Source: Vicugna vicugna (lineage: Eukaryota). From it: 52,617 bases of DNA. The stretch lies in NCBI GenBank assembly GCA_013265495.1, contig MU057552.1, forward strand, positions 164,741 to 217,357, in the 5' to 3' direction. Positions 25,448 through 38,786 of the stretch are shown in pieces. Both the position numbers and the translations under genes were made by a program. Below the pieces are notes generated by a model that was given only the letters and a program-made list of their open reading frames with translations, did not search any database and had not been told where the DNA came from. Position 1 is the first letter of the stretch. The number at the start of each line of letters is the position of its first letter.

Positions 25448-28400
25448 TAGATGCAGCAAAGCCTCTCTACTTGTTCCATTCTCAGATCTGAATGTGTGTG
25501 GAAGCCTTTCTTCAACTACTTGTTGGGAACACAGTTTATCCTTCAGGGATATAACACTATTTCCATATCTATTGGGAGACACTCACTCCAACTCGGTTTT
25601 CTAGTGCAAAATGCCTTTCCTTGCAAACTGGCTCTTGATAACATGTGGAGAAATCAAAGTAAGTGTTGTGAGATGTACCCAGCCCCTGATGCTAGATACA
25701 GCAACGCCTCTATCCTTGTTTCATTCTCAGATCTGAATGTGTGGGGAAGCCGTCCTTGACCTTCCTTGTTGGGAACAGAGTTTCTGTTTGCGGGGAAGTA
25801 TACTACTACCATATGTATTGGGAGACACATGCTCTAACTGGTTTTCCAGCAGAAACTGCCTTTTTTTGCAAACCAGCTCCAGGAAACATGCTGAGAAATA
25901 ACAGTCAGTGTTTCTAGATGTCCCCCAGCACTTGATGCTAGAAGGAGCAACACCTATCTCTTTCTAACTTTCTCAGATCTGAATGTGTGTGGAAGCCGTA
26001 CTTCACTTACCTTGCTGAGAACACTGAGTATCTGCTTGAGAGGAACTATGCCACTTATATATACATGGGGAGGTGCTCACTCCAACCTGGTTTTCCAGTG
26101 CAAACTGCCTTTCCTTGCAAACCAGCTCTAGGAAAAATGCTGAGAAATCACAGATCGTGTTTCCTGATGTCTCCCAGCCCTTGATGCTAGAAGCAGCAAT
26201 GCCTCTATCCTTGTTCCATTCTCTGATATGAATGTGTGTGGAAGCAGCCCTTCACCTACCTTGTCGAGAACCCAGAGATTCTGCTTGAGGGGCACTACGT
26301 GACTTACATATCTAGTGGGAGGCCCTCGCTCCAACCCACTGTTTGAAAGGAAACTGCTTTTCCTTGCAAACCGGCTCTAGGAAACATGCTGAGAGATTGC
26401 AGTCAGTGTTTCTAGATGTCCCCCAGCCCTTAATGCTAGATGCAGCAATGCCACTCTCCCTGTTCCATTCTCAGATATGAATGTGTGTTGCGGCTGTCCT
26501 TCAGCTAGCTTGTTGGGAACACAGAGTTACTGTTTGAGGGGAAACATGCTAATTACATATCTATTGGGAGGCATTCACTCCAACTCGGCTTTCCATTGCA
26601 AACTGCCTTTTGGTGCCAACATGTTCTAGCAAAAATGTTGAGAGATCACAGTCACTGTTACTTGGTGTCACCCAGCCCTTAATGCTAGATGCAACAAAGC
26701 CTCTGTCCTTGTTCCATTCTCAAATCTGAATGTGTATGGAACCAGCTCTTCACCTATCTTGTTGGGAACATAGACATTCTGCTTGAGGTGTGCTATGCTA
26801 CTTACATATCTATGGGGAAGCCCCAGCTCCAACTCATGTTTCTAGTAGAAACTCCCTTTCCTTACATACTGGCTCTAGGATACATGATGGTAGATCACAT
26901 ACAGCGTTTCTAGATGTTCCCCAACCCTTGATGCTAGATGCAGCAAAGCCTCTCTCCTTGTTCCATTCTCAGATCTGAATGTGTGTGGAAGCCGTCCTTC
27001 ACCTATCTTGTTGGGAACATAGACATTCCCCTTGAGGTGAACTACACTATTTACATATATATGGGGAGGCACTTGCTCCAACTCGGTTTTCCAGTGAAAA
27101 CTGTCTTTCCTTGTAAACTGGCACTAGGAAACATGCTGAGAAATGACAGTCGTTCTTTCTACATGTCCCACAGCCCTTGATGCTTGATGCAGCAATGCCT
27201 CTCTCCTTGTTCCATTCTCAGATCTGAATGTGCTGGAAGTCTTTCTTCACCTTCCTTGTTGGAAACACAGATTTTTGGTTTGTGGGAAACTATGTGACTT
27301 ATATATCTATTCAAAGGGACTCACTCCTACCTTGTTTTCCAGCGCAAAATACCTTTCCTTGCAATCCAGCTCCAGGATACATGCTGAGAGTCAGAGTCAG
27401 TGTTTCTTGCTGTCTTCCAGCCCTTGATGTTAAATGCAGCAATGCCTCTCTCCTTGTTCCATTCTCAGGTTTGACTGTGTGAGGAAGCCTTCCTTCAGCT
27501 ACCTTGTAGGGAACAAAAGTTTCTGCTTGAGGGGAAATATGTGACTTAAATATCTATGAGGAAGCCATCACTGGAAATCAATTTTCAGTCCAAACTACCT
27601 TTCCTTGCAAACTGGCTCTAAGAAACATGCTGATATATCAGAGTCAGTGTTTCTAGATGTCCTGCAGCCCTCGATGTTAGATGCAGCAAAGCCTCTCTCA
27701 TTGTTCCATTCTCAGATCTTAATGTGTGAGGAAGCCATCCTTGACCTTCCTTGTTGGGAACACAAAGTTTCTGCTTGAAAGGAAGGACACTACTACCATA
27801 TTGATTGGGAGAGACTTGCTCCAACTGGATTTCCAGTGGAAATTACTTTTTCTTGCAAACCGGCTCTAGGAAACATGCTGAGAAATCAGTCAGTGTTTCT
27901 ATATGTTCCCCACCCCATGATGCTAGATGCAGTAATGCCTGTCTCCTTGTTCAGGTCTCAGATTTGAATGTATGTGGAAGCTGTCTTCATCTAACTTGTT
28001 GGGAACACAGAGTTTCTGCTTGAGGGTAACTATGTGACTTACATATCAAGGGGTAGGTCCTCGCTCCAACTCTCTTTTCCAGTGGAAACTGCCTTTCCTT
28101 GCAAAACGATTCTAGGAAACATGTTGGTAGATCAAAGATAGTGTTTCTAGAAGTTCCCCAACCTTGATGCTAGATGCAGCAAAACCTCTCTCCTTGTTCC
28201 ATTCTCAGATCTGACTGTGTGTGGAAGCCCTCCTTCAAATAAATTGTTGGAACACAGAGCTTCTGCTTGAGGGGAACTACGTGACTTAAATCTCTGGGCA
28301 TGCCCTTGCTGCAACTCGACTTTCCAGTGCAAACAACCTTTCCTTGCAAACCGGCTCTAAGAAACATGCTGAGAGATCACAGTCAGTGTTTCTAGATGTC

Positions 28401-31156
28401 CCCCAGTCCTTGATTCTAGATGCAGCAATGCCTTTCTCCTTGTTCCATTTTCAGCTTTGAATGTGATTGGAGTCCTTCCTTCACTTACCTTGTTGGGAAC
28501 AGCAAGATTCTGCCTGAGGGATACTATTCTACTTACAAATCTGTTGGAAGACACTAGCTCCAACTCTGCTTTCCATTGCAAACTGCCTTTCCTTCCAAAC
28601 AGAATCTAGGAAAAGTGCTGAGCATTCACAGTCATTGTTTCTTGGTGTCACCCATCATTTAATGCTACATGCAACATTGCCTCTCTCCTTGTTCTATTTT
28701 CAGATCAGAATGTGTGTGGAAGTCATGCTTCCCCTACCTTGTTGGGAACACAGAGTTTCTGTTTGAGGTAATCTGCACTACTTATGTATCAAAGGGGAGG
28801 CACTCTCTCCAACACCGTTTTCAAGCAAACTGCCTTTCCTTGCAAGCCAGCTCTAGGAAACATGCTGAGATATCACAGTCAGTGTTTCTAGATGTCCCCA
28901 AGCCCTTGATGCTAGATGCAGTAACACCTCCCTCCTTGTTCCATTCTCAAATCTCAATGTGTGTGGAAGCCGTCCTTCACCTACCTTGCTGGGAATACAG
29001 ATTTTCTGCTTTAGGGGCACTAGAATTCTTGCATATATATGGGAAGACACTCTCTCCAACTTAGTTGTCAGTGCAAACTGCCTTTCTTTACAAACTGGCT
29101 CAAGGAAATATGCAGAGAGATCACAGTCACTGTTTCTAGATATCCCCCAGCCCTTGATGCTTGACGCAGCAACAACTCTTTTCTTTTAACATTCTCAGAT
29201 CTGAATGTGTGTGGAAGCTGTCCATCACTTACCTTGTTGGGAACACAGAGTTTCTGCTTACATATCTATTGGGAGGCACCCGCTATTACTTGGTATTCCC
29301 GTGTATACTGCCTTTCCTTGCAAACTGGTTCTAGGAAACATGCTGAGACATCACAGTTAGTGTTTCTATATGTCCCCCAGGTCTTGATGATATATGCAGG
29401 AACACCACTCTCCTTATTATATTCTCAGATCTGAAAGTGTGGAAGTCGTCCTTCACTTGCCTTTTTGTGAACACAGTTTCTGCTTGAGGGGAACTACAGT
29501 ATATTCAAATCCATGGGGAGTCTCTTTCTCCAACTCGGTTTTCCAGTGCAAACTGCCTTTCCTTGCAAATTGGCTCTAGGAAACATGCTCACAAATCACA
29601 GTCGGTGTTTCTATATGTCCCCAGACCTTTATGCAAGATGCAGCAACGCCTCTCTCCTTGTTCCATTCTCAGACCTGAATGTGTGGAAGATGTCCTTCAC
29701 CTAGCTTGTAGGGAACACAGAGTTTCTGTTTGAGGGGAACTACGCTAATTAAATATCCATGGGGAGGCCCCTGCTCCAACTCAGTTTTCCAGTGCAAACT
29801 GACTTTCCTTACAATCTGGCTCTAGGAAACATGCTGAGAAATCACAGTATGTGTGTCTAAATATTCCCCAGCCATCGATACTACATGCAAAAACGCCATT
29901 CTTCTTGTTCCATTCTCAGATCTGAATGTGTGTGGAAATCGTCCTTATCCTACCTTGTTGGGAACACATAGTTTCTGCTTGAAGGGAACAAAGCAACTTA
30001 CATTTCTACAGGAAGCAGCTCCTTCTACTCATTTTCCCAGTGTAAACTGACTTTCCTTGCAAACCGACTCTAGGAAACATCTGAGAAATCACAGTCAGTG
30101 TTTATACATGACGCCCAGCCCTTGATGCTAGGTGCAGCAATGCCTCTTTTCTTGTTCCATTCTAAGATCTGAATGTGTGTGGAAGCCGTCCTTCACCTAC
30201 CTTGTTGGGAACACGGGTTTTCTGTGTTACAGGGTCAGACATACCTATATATATAAGGGGAGGCACTCACTCCAACCTAGTTTTCTGGTGAAAAATGACT
30301 TTACCTTGAAACCGGCTCTAGTTAACATGCTGAGAATTCTGGGTGGTGTTTCTAGGTGTACCCATGCCCTTTAGGCTAGCTGAATGAACGCTTCTCCACA
30401 TGATTCATTCTGGGATCCAAATGTGCATGGAAGCGGTCCTTCACAAACCTTGCTGGGATCATAGACTTTCTGTGTTATGAAGACAGTCCTACCTATCTAT
30501 ATAAGAGGAGGCACTCACTCTCACTCAGTTTTCCAGCTTAAACAGCCTTTACCTTGTAACTGGCTCTAGGAAAAAAGCTGAGAAATATGGGTAAGTGTTA
30601 GAAACACTTGCCCTTTAGGCTACCTGAATGAATTCTTCTCCACATATCCATTCTGGGATCCAATGTGTATGCACTCCAGCCTTCACCTAACTTGTAGGGA
30701 ACACAGATTATGTGTTAGGGAGACAGGCCTACCCATATATATATAAGGGGAAGCATTAGCTCCAGCTCGGCTTTCCAATGCAAGCTATCTTTAACTGAAA
30801 CCGGACCTAGAAACATGCTGAAAAATCTGGGTCAGTGTTTCTAGATGTACCCTTGTACTTTAGGCTAGCTCAAGGAATATATCTCAACATGTTCTCTTCT
30901 GGGATCTGAATGTGTGTGGAAACTTTCCTTCACCTACATTGTGTGCAGAGAGATTCTGTTTTATGGAGAACAGGCCTACCTATATATATAAGGGGTGGCA
31001 CTTGCTCCAACTCCGTTTTCTATTGCAAACTTCCTTTACCTTGAAACAGGCCCCAAGAAACATGGTTAGAAATGAGAGTAACTGTTTGTAGATGTACCTT
31101 TGCCCTTTAGGCTAGTTGAATGTACGCCTCTCCACATATTAAAATCTTGGAACTGA
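25448..31156 (-). repeat. Same ~247-bp satellite family, inverted block (~23 monomers)
   Basis: Reverse-complement motifs recur at the same period (cttgttgggaacacagagtttctg, ctccaactcggttttccag, ctaggaaacatgctgagaaatc). Confidence 0.97.
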
Positions 31157-32804
31157 GGAAGCCAAGATGGTGGAATAGAAGGATACTCATAGCTCACCCT
31201 CTCCCACAAATGCACCAAGACTCACATCCATAGTCCCACTCAGCCAACCAGAGCACCTGCGGAACTCCAACAGAATATTGTCCTCTTCAAAAGATAGAGA
31301 CTCCAAAAATCTGGTAGGAGAAAAGGAAAAAAGAAAGAAGAAAAGGCAAAGCAGAGTGGGACGGCTCCTGTGGGGAGGGAGCAGCAAAGAAGGACTGGTG
31401 CTAGTTTGGTGGGTCTCCCCTCTCCAAATGAGAGACCAGCAGGAGAGAGGGGGAGCCTCTGAGGCTTGGATCTGTACAGAGCAGCCCTTGACCAACAGAA
31501 CTAAGTTAAACAGGCACAGGGGTGCCCCGCAACACCCAGCCCGAGACACGGGCCAGCAGCCAGGGCCAGGACCAGACAGCCCAATGCAGGTGGAGGACAG
31601 GGGCAGCTGCACTGAGGCAGTCCCAGGGGACTGCAGAGGGCCGTTCACCATGGGTGTGGGTGCACAGGGCAGAACAACCTGGGCCCTCCATAAAACAACA
31701 CAGTTGACATACCCTGGGGGTGAAGGATGCATAACCTCATATATGAAAATCCACAGAAAGATTTCAGGTGAAGATAGGCTGGCCTCAGGCACAGCCACCA
31801 TATCCTCCAGTGCTTAGCACCCATGTGGGATTGGGGGCAAAACCTGCATCCACACCTAAGGACTTAGCAGCCTCAAGGGCCAGGCAGAGACTTAACGACA
31901 GCCTGAGGCAGATAGAATCTTTCCGTCCTGGTCCCTCAGAAAACTTGCTCTGCCAAGACAAACGAGGAGCTGGGTTTTGGCCCTCAGCAAGGACAGGGAT
32001 GTTCCTCAGTCTTCCCCAAGCCCACCTGCGGAACACCGACCCAAGGTGGAGAGCACAGCAGGACAAAGTAGCAAAGCGACTGGCACCAGGAGAAGGAGGG
32101 TGGCCCCTGAATTATGGGCAGGAACGCAGCCCCTGACCACAGTGCTGGGAGGGGGAGTGACCCACCCTTCTACCTGGCCAGTCTGCAAAATCTGACTGTG
32201 GCATCAGGAGGGGCAATGACTTGCCCGCCCACAGCAAAGGAGAGCTGCACCTGACTCAGTGTTGGCAGGAGGCACAATCCGCTTGCTGACAGGCACTGGG
32301 AGCAGCACAGACAAGAGTGCCAATGGAGGGCCTCTGGAAACAGCAAGCTGAGCTTCCAAAACAGGACAAAGACAGAAAGATCTCATATCAAAAGCACACA
32401 GTCTACAGGAGAACACTGAGCACCTCCTTTTTTGTTTTTTTAAATCTGTTTTTACCTGTTCTATTTTCTATCACCCTTTTAATTTTTACTTCTTAATTCA
32501 TTTTTATTTCTCTTGTCTTTGATGTCCTGTTATTGATTACACACAGGTTTCAGTACATCTTTTCCACTTTTCTCCTTTTTTGTAAAGGTTTTTAAATGAC
32601 ATCTCAACCCAATTGCTATTCTGCTTCAACTTGCTCTTCTATCATTCATTATACACTCTTTTCAAACCTTTTCTCTCCATTCTTTTAAAATTCTTTCTCT
32701 CTTTTTTTTTCTAATTCTTATTCCTATAGAGGCATTAGATAGATAAACTCCTTAAGGACCACAATAGATAACTGATACTCCATAAACCACAGTGCCAGAG
32801 AGGC

Positions 32805-33703
32805 ATGAGCATGATGAAGAAGCAGAGAAACCATCCCCAATTAAAAGACCAAGAGAAATCCCCTGAAAGAAGATCAATGAAACAGAAATTGATAGCCTAC
32901 TAGATCAACATTTCAAAAAAGGAGTGATCAAAGTATTGAGGGAACTAAAAGAGATAGTGTTTAGAGAAATAAAATATGCCAAAAATGAAATTGAAGCTAC
33001 AAAGAAGAGCCAAGTAGAATTGATAAACTCATTGACTTAGATGAGGAATGATCTAATGGCTGAGCAAACCAGACTAGAAAATGAAGAGGAACGAATTAGT
33101 GACCTAGAAGACAGGAAAATAGAAAGCACCCAATGAGAAGAGCTACAAGATAAACAAATTAAAATAAATGAAAATGACATAAGGGACCTATGGGATAATA
33201 TAAAGCATCCCAACCTTTGCATAATAGGGGTCCCAGAAGGGGGAGAAAGATCAAAGGATATTGAAAAGGTTTTTGAAGAAATCATGACTGAAAACTTCTC
33301 AAACTTAAAGAAGGAAACAGATATCCATATATAGGAAGCTCAGAGGGTCCCAAACAAGAACCCAAAAAGAACCACACCAAGACATATCATAATCATGATG
33401 GCCAGAGTCAAGGATAAAGATATTATCCTAAAGGCAGCAAGAGAAAAGCAAAGAGTGAGTTACAAGGGAACTGCCATAAGACTTTCAGCTGATTACTTTA
33501 CATAAACACTAGAGGCCAGAAGGGAGTGGCAAAATATATTCAAAGTCTTGAATGAAAAAATGATGCAGGCTAGGATACTTTATCCAGCAAGGCTATCCTT
33601 TAGGATAGAAGGAGAGACAAAGAATTTCACAGACAAGAAAAAACTACAAGAGTTTAGCAACACTAAGCCCATGCTAAAAGAAATATTGAAAGCTCTACTC
33701 TAA
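32805..33703 (+). pseudogene. L1 ORF1p remnant
   Basis: ATG at 32805; motifs DLWDNIKHPNLCIIGVPEG, TPRHIII and ARILYPARLSF; internal stops and frameshifts (no long + strand ORF in the track); TAA at 33701-33703. Confidence 0.85.
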
Positions 33704-34104
33704 ATAGAAAAGCAGCAGGATGCTACAGAAATGAGAAACTCACAACTGTAAAGGTGATAACTCATGAATTACAAATAAAATAAACACAAAATTATAAAAG
33801 AAGGCATATAAATCATTGAGAGTGGGAGAGGGAGGCAGGAAAATATAGAAATTTTTTTCTTTTTTAAATTTCTTGTTCTGGGTAGAATGGGGTTGAGATC
33901 TTGTTACTATCAGCTTAATAAAAACAGTTTTAGTAATGGGTAAATAGACTTAAAAAAAGGATAACCACAAGCCAAAAACTTACAAGGGAGTCACTAAAGC
34001 TAAATAAAATTCATGATAATACAAAGGAAAATTACCATACCACAAAAGAGAGGAAGAAAGGAACAAAGAGGAAATACCAAGTCAACTGCAAAGATAAGTT
34101 CAAA

Positions 34105-37100
34105 ATGGCAATAAACACTCATCTGTCATTAATTACTGTAAATGTTTTTGACTAATGCTCCAGTCAAAAGACACTGAGTGGCAGACAGGATAATAAAGCA
34201 AGAACCTTCAATATACTGCATTCAAGAGACCCACTTCAGGGAGAAGGACACATATAGATTGAGGGTGAAAGGGTGGAAAAGAATAATCCATGCAAATGGA
34301 AAAGCCAAAAACTCAGGTGTTGCAGTACTGATTTCAGAAAAAAAAGACTTTAAAACAAAGGCCATAAAGAAGGACAGTTTATAATGATTAAAGGAGTGAT
34401 ACAAGATGAGGATATTACACTCATTAATATATATGCACCCAATATAGGAGCACCTAACTACATAAAACAATTACTAACAGAGATAAAGGGAGATATTGAT
34501 GAGAATACAATCATAGTTGGAGATTTTAACACCACATTAACATCACTAGACAGCTCTTCCAGACAGAAAATAAATAATGCAACAGAGAAATTAAATAATA
34601 CAATAGAAAAATTATATTTGGTGGATATTTTCAGAGAATTACACTCCCCAAAAATAGGATATACATTCGTTTCAAGTGCACATGGAATATCTTTCAGGAT
34701 TTATCATGTACTTGGGCACAAAAGAAACCTCAAAAATTTTAAGAAAATAGAAATTACCTCAAGCGTCTTTACTGACAACAATGCCATGAAACTAGAAATC
34801 AACAACAAAGAATCAAAAGAGAAGAAAAGGAAAGCTTGGACATTAAACAAAATGTTATTAAAAAATGGGTCAATGAGGAAGTGAAAGCTGAAATTAAAAA
34901 ATACCCTGAGACAAATGACAGTGAAAGCACAGCCACACAAATTTATGGGACACAGCAAAGGCAGTGCTAAGAGGGAAGTTTATAGCGATACAGCCCTTCC
35001 TCTAAAAAGAAGAAAAACCTCAAAGACACAATTTAACCCACCAGCTGAATGAACTAGAAAAAGAAGACAAAAAAACTCTAAAAGGCAGCAGAAGGAAGGA
35101 AATTATAAAGATTAGGGAGGAAATAAAGGAAATAGAGATTAACAAGACCATAGGTAAAATCAACCAAACCACAAGCTGGTTTTTGGAAAAGGAAATAAAA
35201 TCGATAAGCCTCTGGCCAAACTCACAAAGAAGAAAAAAGAGAGAGCACAAATTAGCAAAAAATAAAGGAAATGCAGAAATTGCAACAAATAAAAAAGAAA
35301 TACAGAATATCATATGAGAATATTATGAAAAACTATATGTAACCAAACTGGATAACCTAGAGGAGATGGACAAGTTTCTGGAAACATTCTGTCCACTAAG
35401 ACTGAACCAAGAAATAACTGACCACTTGAACAAACCGATCACTAGAAATGAAATTTAATTTGCAATAAGAAACCTCCCTATAAATAAAAATCCAGGACCG
35501 GATGGCTTCACCGGGGAATTGTACCAAACATTCAAAGAAGAACTGATACCAATCCTTCTCAAACACTTCCAGAAGATTGAAAAGTAGGGAATGCTCCCAA
35601 ACTCATTCTATAAAGCCACCATCACCCTGATACCACAACCAGGCAAAGACATTACCAAAAAAGAAAATTATAGGCCAATATCACTGATGAACATAGATGC
35701 CAAAATCCTCATCAAAATATTAGCAAATAGAATCCAAAAACACATAAAAAAGATTATACATCATGACCAAGTGGCGTTCATCCCAGGGACACAAGGCTGG
35801 TTCAACATATGCAAATCAATCAATGTAATACATCACATCAACAAGAGAAAAGACAAAAACCACATTATCATCTCAATCGATGCAGAAAAAGCATTTGATA
35901 AAACTCAACACCCATTTATGATAAAAACTGCCACCAAAGTATGTATAGAAGGAACATATCTCAACATAATAAAAGGTATATATGACAAACCTACAGCCAC
36001 AATAGTACTCAATGGTGAAAAACTCAAAAGCTTCCCACTAAAATCTGGGACAAGGATGCCCACTATCACCACTCCTATTCATCATAGTCTTGGAAGTCCT
36101 AGCCACAGCAGTCAGGCAAGAGAGAGAAATAAAAGGGATCCACATTGGAAAAGAAGAAGTAAAAGTGTCACTATATGCTGATGACAAGTTACTATACATA
36201 GAAAACCCTAAAAGGTCCACAAAAAAGCTACTAGAGCTGATCGAAGAATTCAGCAAGGTAGCAGGTTATAAGATTAACATTCAAATAGCTGTTGAATTTC
36301 TTTACACTGATTATGAATCAACAGAGAAAGAAAGTAAGGAAACAATCCTTTTTAAAATAGCATCCAAAGTAATAAAATAACAAGGAACAAATCTAACCAA
36401 GGAGGTGAAAGAATTATACACAGAACACTATGAACCAATGATGAAGGATGTTTCCATGTCTTGGCTATTGTAGGTAATGCTACTATGAACATTGGGATGC
36501 AGGTGTCACCTACAGCCTAAATGTCCATTAACAAATGACTGGATAAAGAAGATGTGGTATATATATATACAATGGAATACAACTCAACAAAAAAAAAGTG
36601 ACAACATAATGCCATTTGCAGCAACATGGATGTTCGTGGAGAATGTCATTAAAGTGAAGTAAGCCAGAAAGAGAAAGAAAAATACCATATGAGATTGCTC
36701 ATCTGTGGAATGTAAAAAAAAACAAAACAAAAAACCAAAAAACCCCCCAAAAAAACCAAAAAACAAAAAAAAGCATAAATACAAACAGAAGTAGACTCAC
36801 AGACATAGAATACAAACTTGTGATTGCCAAGGGGGCAGGGGGTGGTAAGAGATAGACTGGGATTTCAGAGTTTTAGAATAGATGAAAAAGATTACACTGT
36901 ACAGCACAGGGAAATATATACAGGATCTTATGGTAGCTCACAGAGAAAAAAATGTGACAATCAATATATATATGTTCATGTATAACTGAAAAAATTGTGC
37001 TCTACACAGGAAATTCACACAACATTGTAAAATGATTATAAATCAATAAAAAATTTAAAAAAAAATTGATGAAGGAAATTAAAGAAGACTTTAAAAATTG

Positions 37101-37899
37101 GAAAGATATCCCATGCTCTTGGATTGAAAGAATCAACATTGTTAAAATGGTCACACTGCCCAAGGCAATCTACAGATTTAATGCAATCCCTATCCAATTA
37201 CCCAGGACATATTTCACAGAACTAGAATAAATCATAATAAAATATATATGGAACCATCAAAGACCTAGAATTACCAAGGCATTACTGAAGAGAAAGAAAG
37301 AGGCTGGAGGAATCATTCTCCCAGACTTCAGACAATACTATATAGCTACAGTCATTAAGACAGCATGGTATTGGTACAAAAACAGACATATAGACCAATG
37401 GAACAGAAAAGAGAGCCCAGAAATGAACCCACAAATTTTTGGTCAACTAATCTTTGATGAAGGAGGCAAGAATATACAATGGAATAAAGACAGACTTTTC
37501 AGCAAATGGTGTTGGGAAAACTGGACAGCAGCATGTAAAACAATGAAGCTAGAACACTCCCTTACAACATACACAAAAATAAACTCAAAATGTATCAAAG
37601 AATTAAATTTAGGACAAGATACAATAAGAGGAAAACATAGGCAAAATATTATCTGACATACATATCAAAACTTTTCTCCTAGAAGAAATAAAAGCAAGAA
37701 TAAATAAATGGGGCCTAATTAGACTTACAAGCTTCTGCACAGCAAAGGAAACCATAAGTAAAATAAAAAGACAACCTACGGAATGGGAGAAAAATTTTGC
37801 AAGTGAAACCGACAAAGGCTTGATCTCCAGAATATATAAGCAGCTCATACGACTCAATAAGAAAAAAATAAACAACACAATCCAAAAATGGGCAGAAGA
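34105..37899 (+). pseudogene. L1 ORF2p (APE endonuclease/reverse transcriptase) remnant
   Basis: Fragments [55 protein letters not shown] and FSKWCWENW lie in several frames; interrupted by a nested L1 and runs into the N gap. Confidence 0.93.
36449..37064 (+). mobile_element. Nested 5'-truncated L1 with a 59-bp 5' inversion (twin-priming type)
   Basis: TSD a(a/t)tgatgaagga at 36437-36448 and 37065-37076; 36449-36507 is the reverse complement of the L1 segment normally just upstream of cagcctaaatgtcc; complete 3' UTR and A tail. Confidence 0.88.
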
Positions 37900-38381
37900 N
37901 NNNNNNNNNNNNNNNNNNNNNNNNNNNNNNNNNNNNNNNNNNNNNNNNNNNNNNNNNNNNNNNNNNNNNNNNNNNNNNNNNNNNNNNNNNNNNNNNNNNN
38001 NNNNNNNNNNNNNNNNNNNNNNNNNNNNNNNNNNNNNNNNNNNNNNNNNNNNNNNNNNNNNNNNNNNNNNNNNNNNNNNNNNNNNNNNNNNNNNNNNNNN
38101 NNNNNNNNNNNNNNNNNNNNNNNNNNNNNNNNNNNNNNNNNNNNNNNNNNNNNNNNNNNNNNNNNNNNNNNNNNNNNNNNNNNNNNNNNNNNNNNNNNNN
38201 NNNNNNNNNNNNNNNNNNNNNNNNNNNNNNNNNNNNNNNNNNNNNNNNNNNNNNNNNNNNNNNNNNNNNNNNNNNNNNNNNNNNNNNNNNNNNNNNNNNN
38301 NNNNNNNNNNNNNNNNNNNNNNNNNNNNNNNNNNNNNNNNNNNNNNNNNNNNNNNNNNNNNNNNNNNNNNNNNNNNNNNNN
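37900..38381. other. Assembly gap (482 N)
   Basis: Run of N. The flanks are colinear L1 sequence and the gap size roughly fits the missing ORF2 end. Confidence 0.99.
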
Positions 38382-38786
38382 GACAACATAATGCCATTTG
38401 CAGCAACATGGATGTTCCTGGAGAATGTCATTCTAAGTGAAGTAAGCCAGAAAGAGAAAGAAAAATGCCATATGAGATCATTCATATGTGGAATCAAAAA
38501 AAAGCATAAATACAAAACAGAAATAGACTCAGAGACACAGAATTCAAACTTGTGCCTGCCAAGGGGGCAGGGGGTGGGAAGAGATAGATTGGGATTTTAA
38601 AATTGTAGAATAGTTAGACAAGATTATACTGTATAGCACAGGGAAATATATGCAAGATCTTATGGTAGCTCACAGAGAGAAAAATGTGAAATATATGTTC
38701 ATGTAAAACTGAAAAATTGTGCTCTACATTAGAAATTGACACAACATTGTAAAATGACTATAAATCAATAAAAAATGTTAAAAAAT

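Larger units (their letters stand above)
31157..38786 (+). mobile_element. Full-length, inactivated L1 inserted in the satellite
   Basis: Begins ggaagccaagatgg and has a GC-rich 5' UTR, ORF1, ORF2, 3' UTR and aataaa+A tail. Inserted at TT|AAAA with degenerate TSD aaatcttggaactga (31142-31156) / aattctcggagctga (38787-38801); the satellite resumes in register. Confidence 0.95.

Noticed and set aside
25427..25453. Recent breakage-fusion-bridge fold-back
   Set aside because: The arms carry different subfamily-diagnostic bases right up to the junction, so they are not recent copies of each other.
17062..31156. Many similar 60-130 aa ORFs (e.g. LTQKLCVPNK, HLETLTLISQHVS) suggesting a tandem gene family
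   Set aside because: They are translations of satellite monomers, occur on both strands and in several frames, are broken by random stops and indels, and have no splice structure.
17062..31156. CRISPR-like repeat/spacer array
   Set aside because: The whole ~247-bp unit is homologous between copies, there are no unique spacers or cas genes, and the context is mammalian.
31187..32416. Long ORFs of 120-204 aa on both strands
   Set aside because: They lie in the GC-rich L1 5' UTR where stops are rare; there is no recognisable protein and no support for translation.
37609..38515. ORFs of 167-266 aa
   Set aside because: Artefacts of translating through the N gap.
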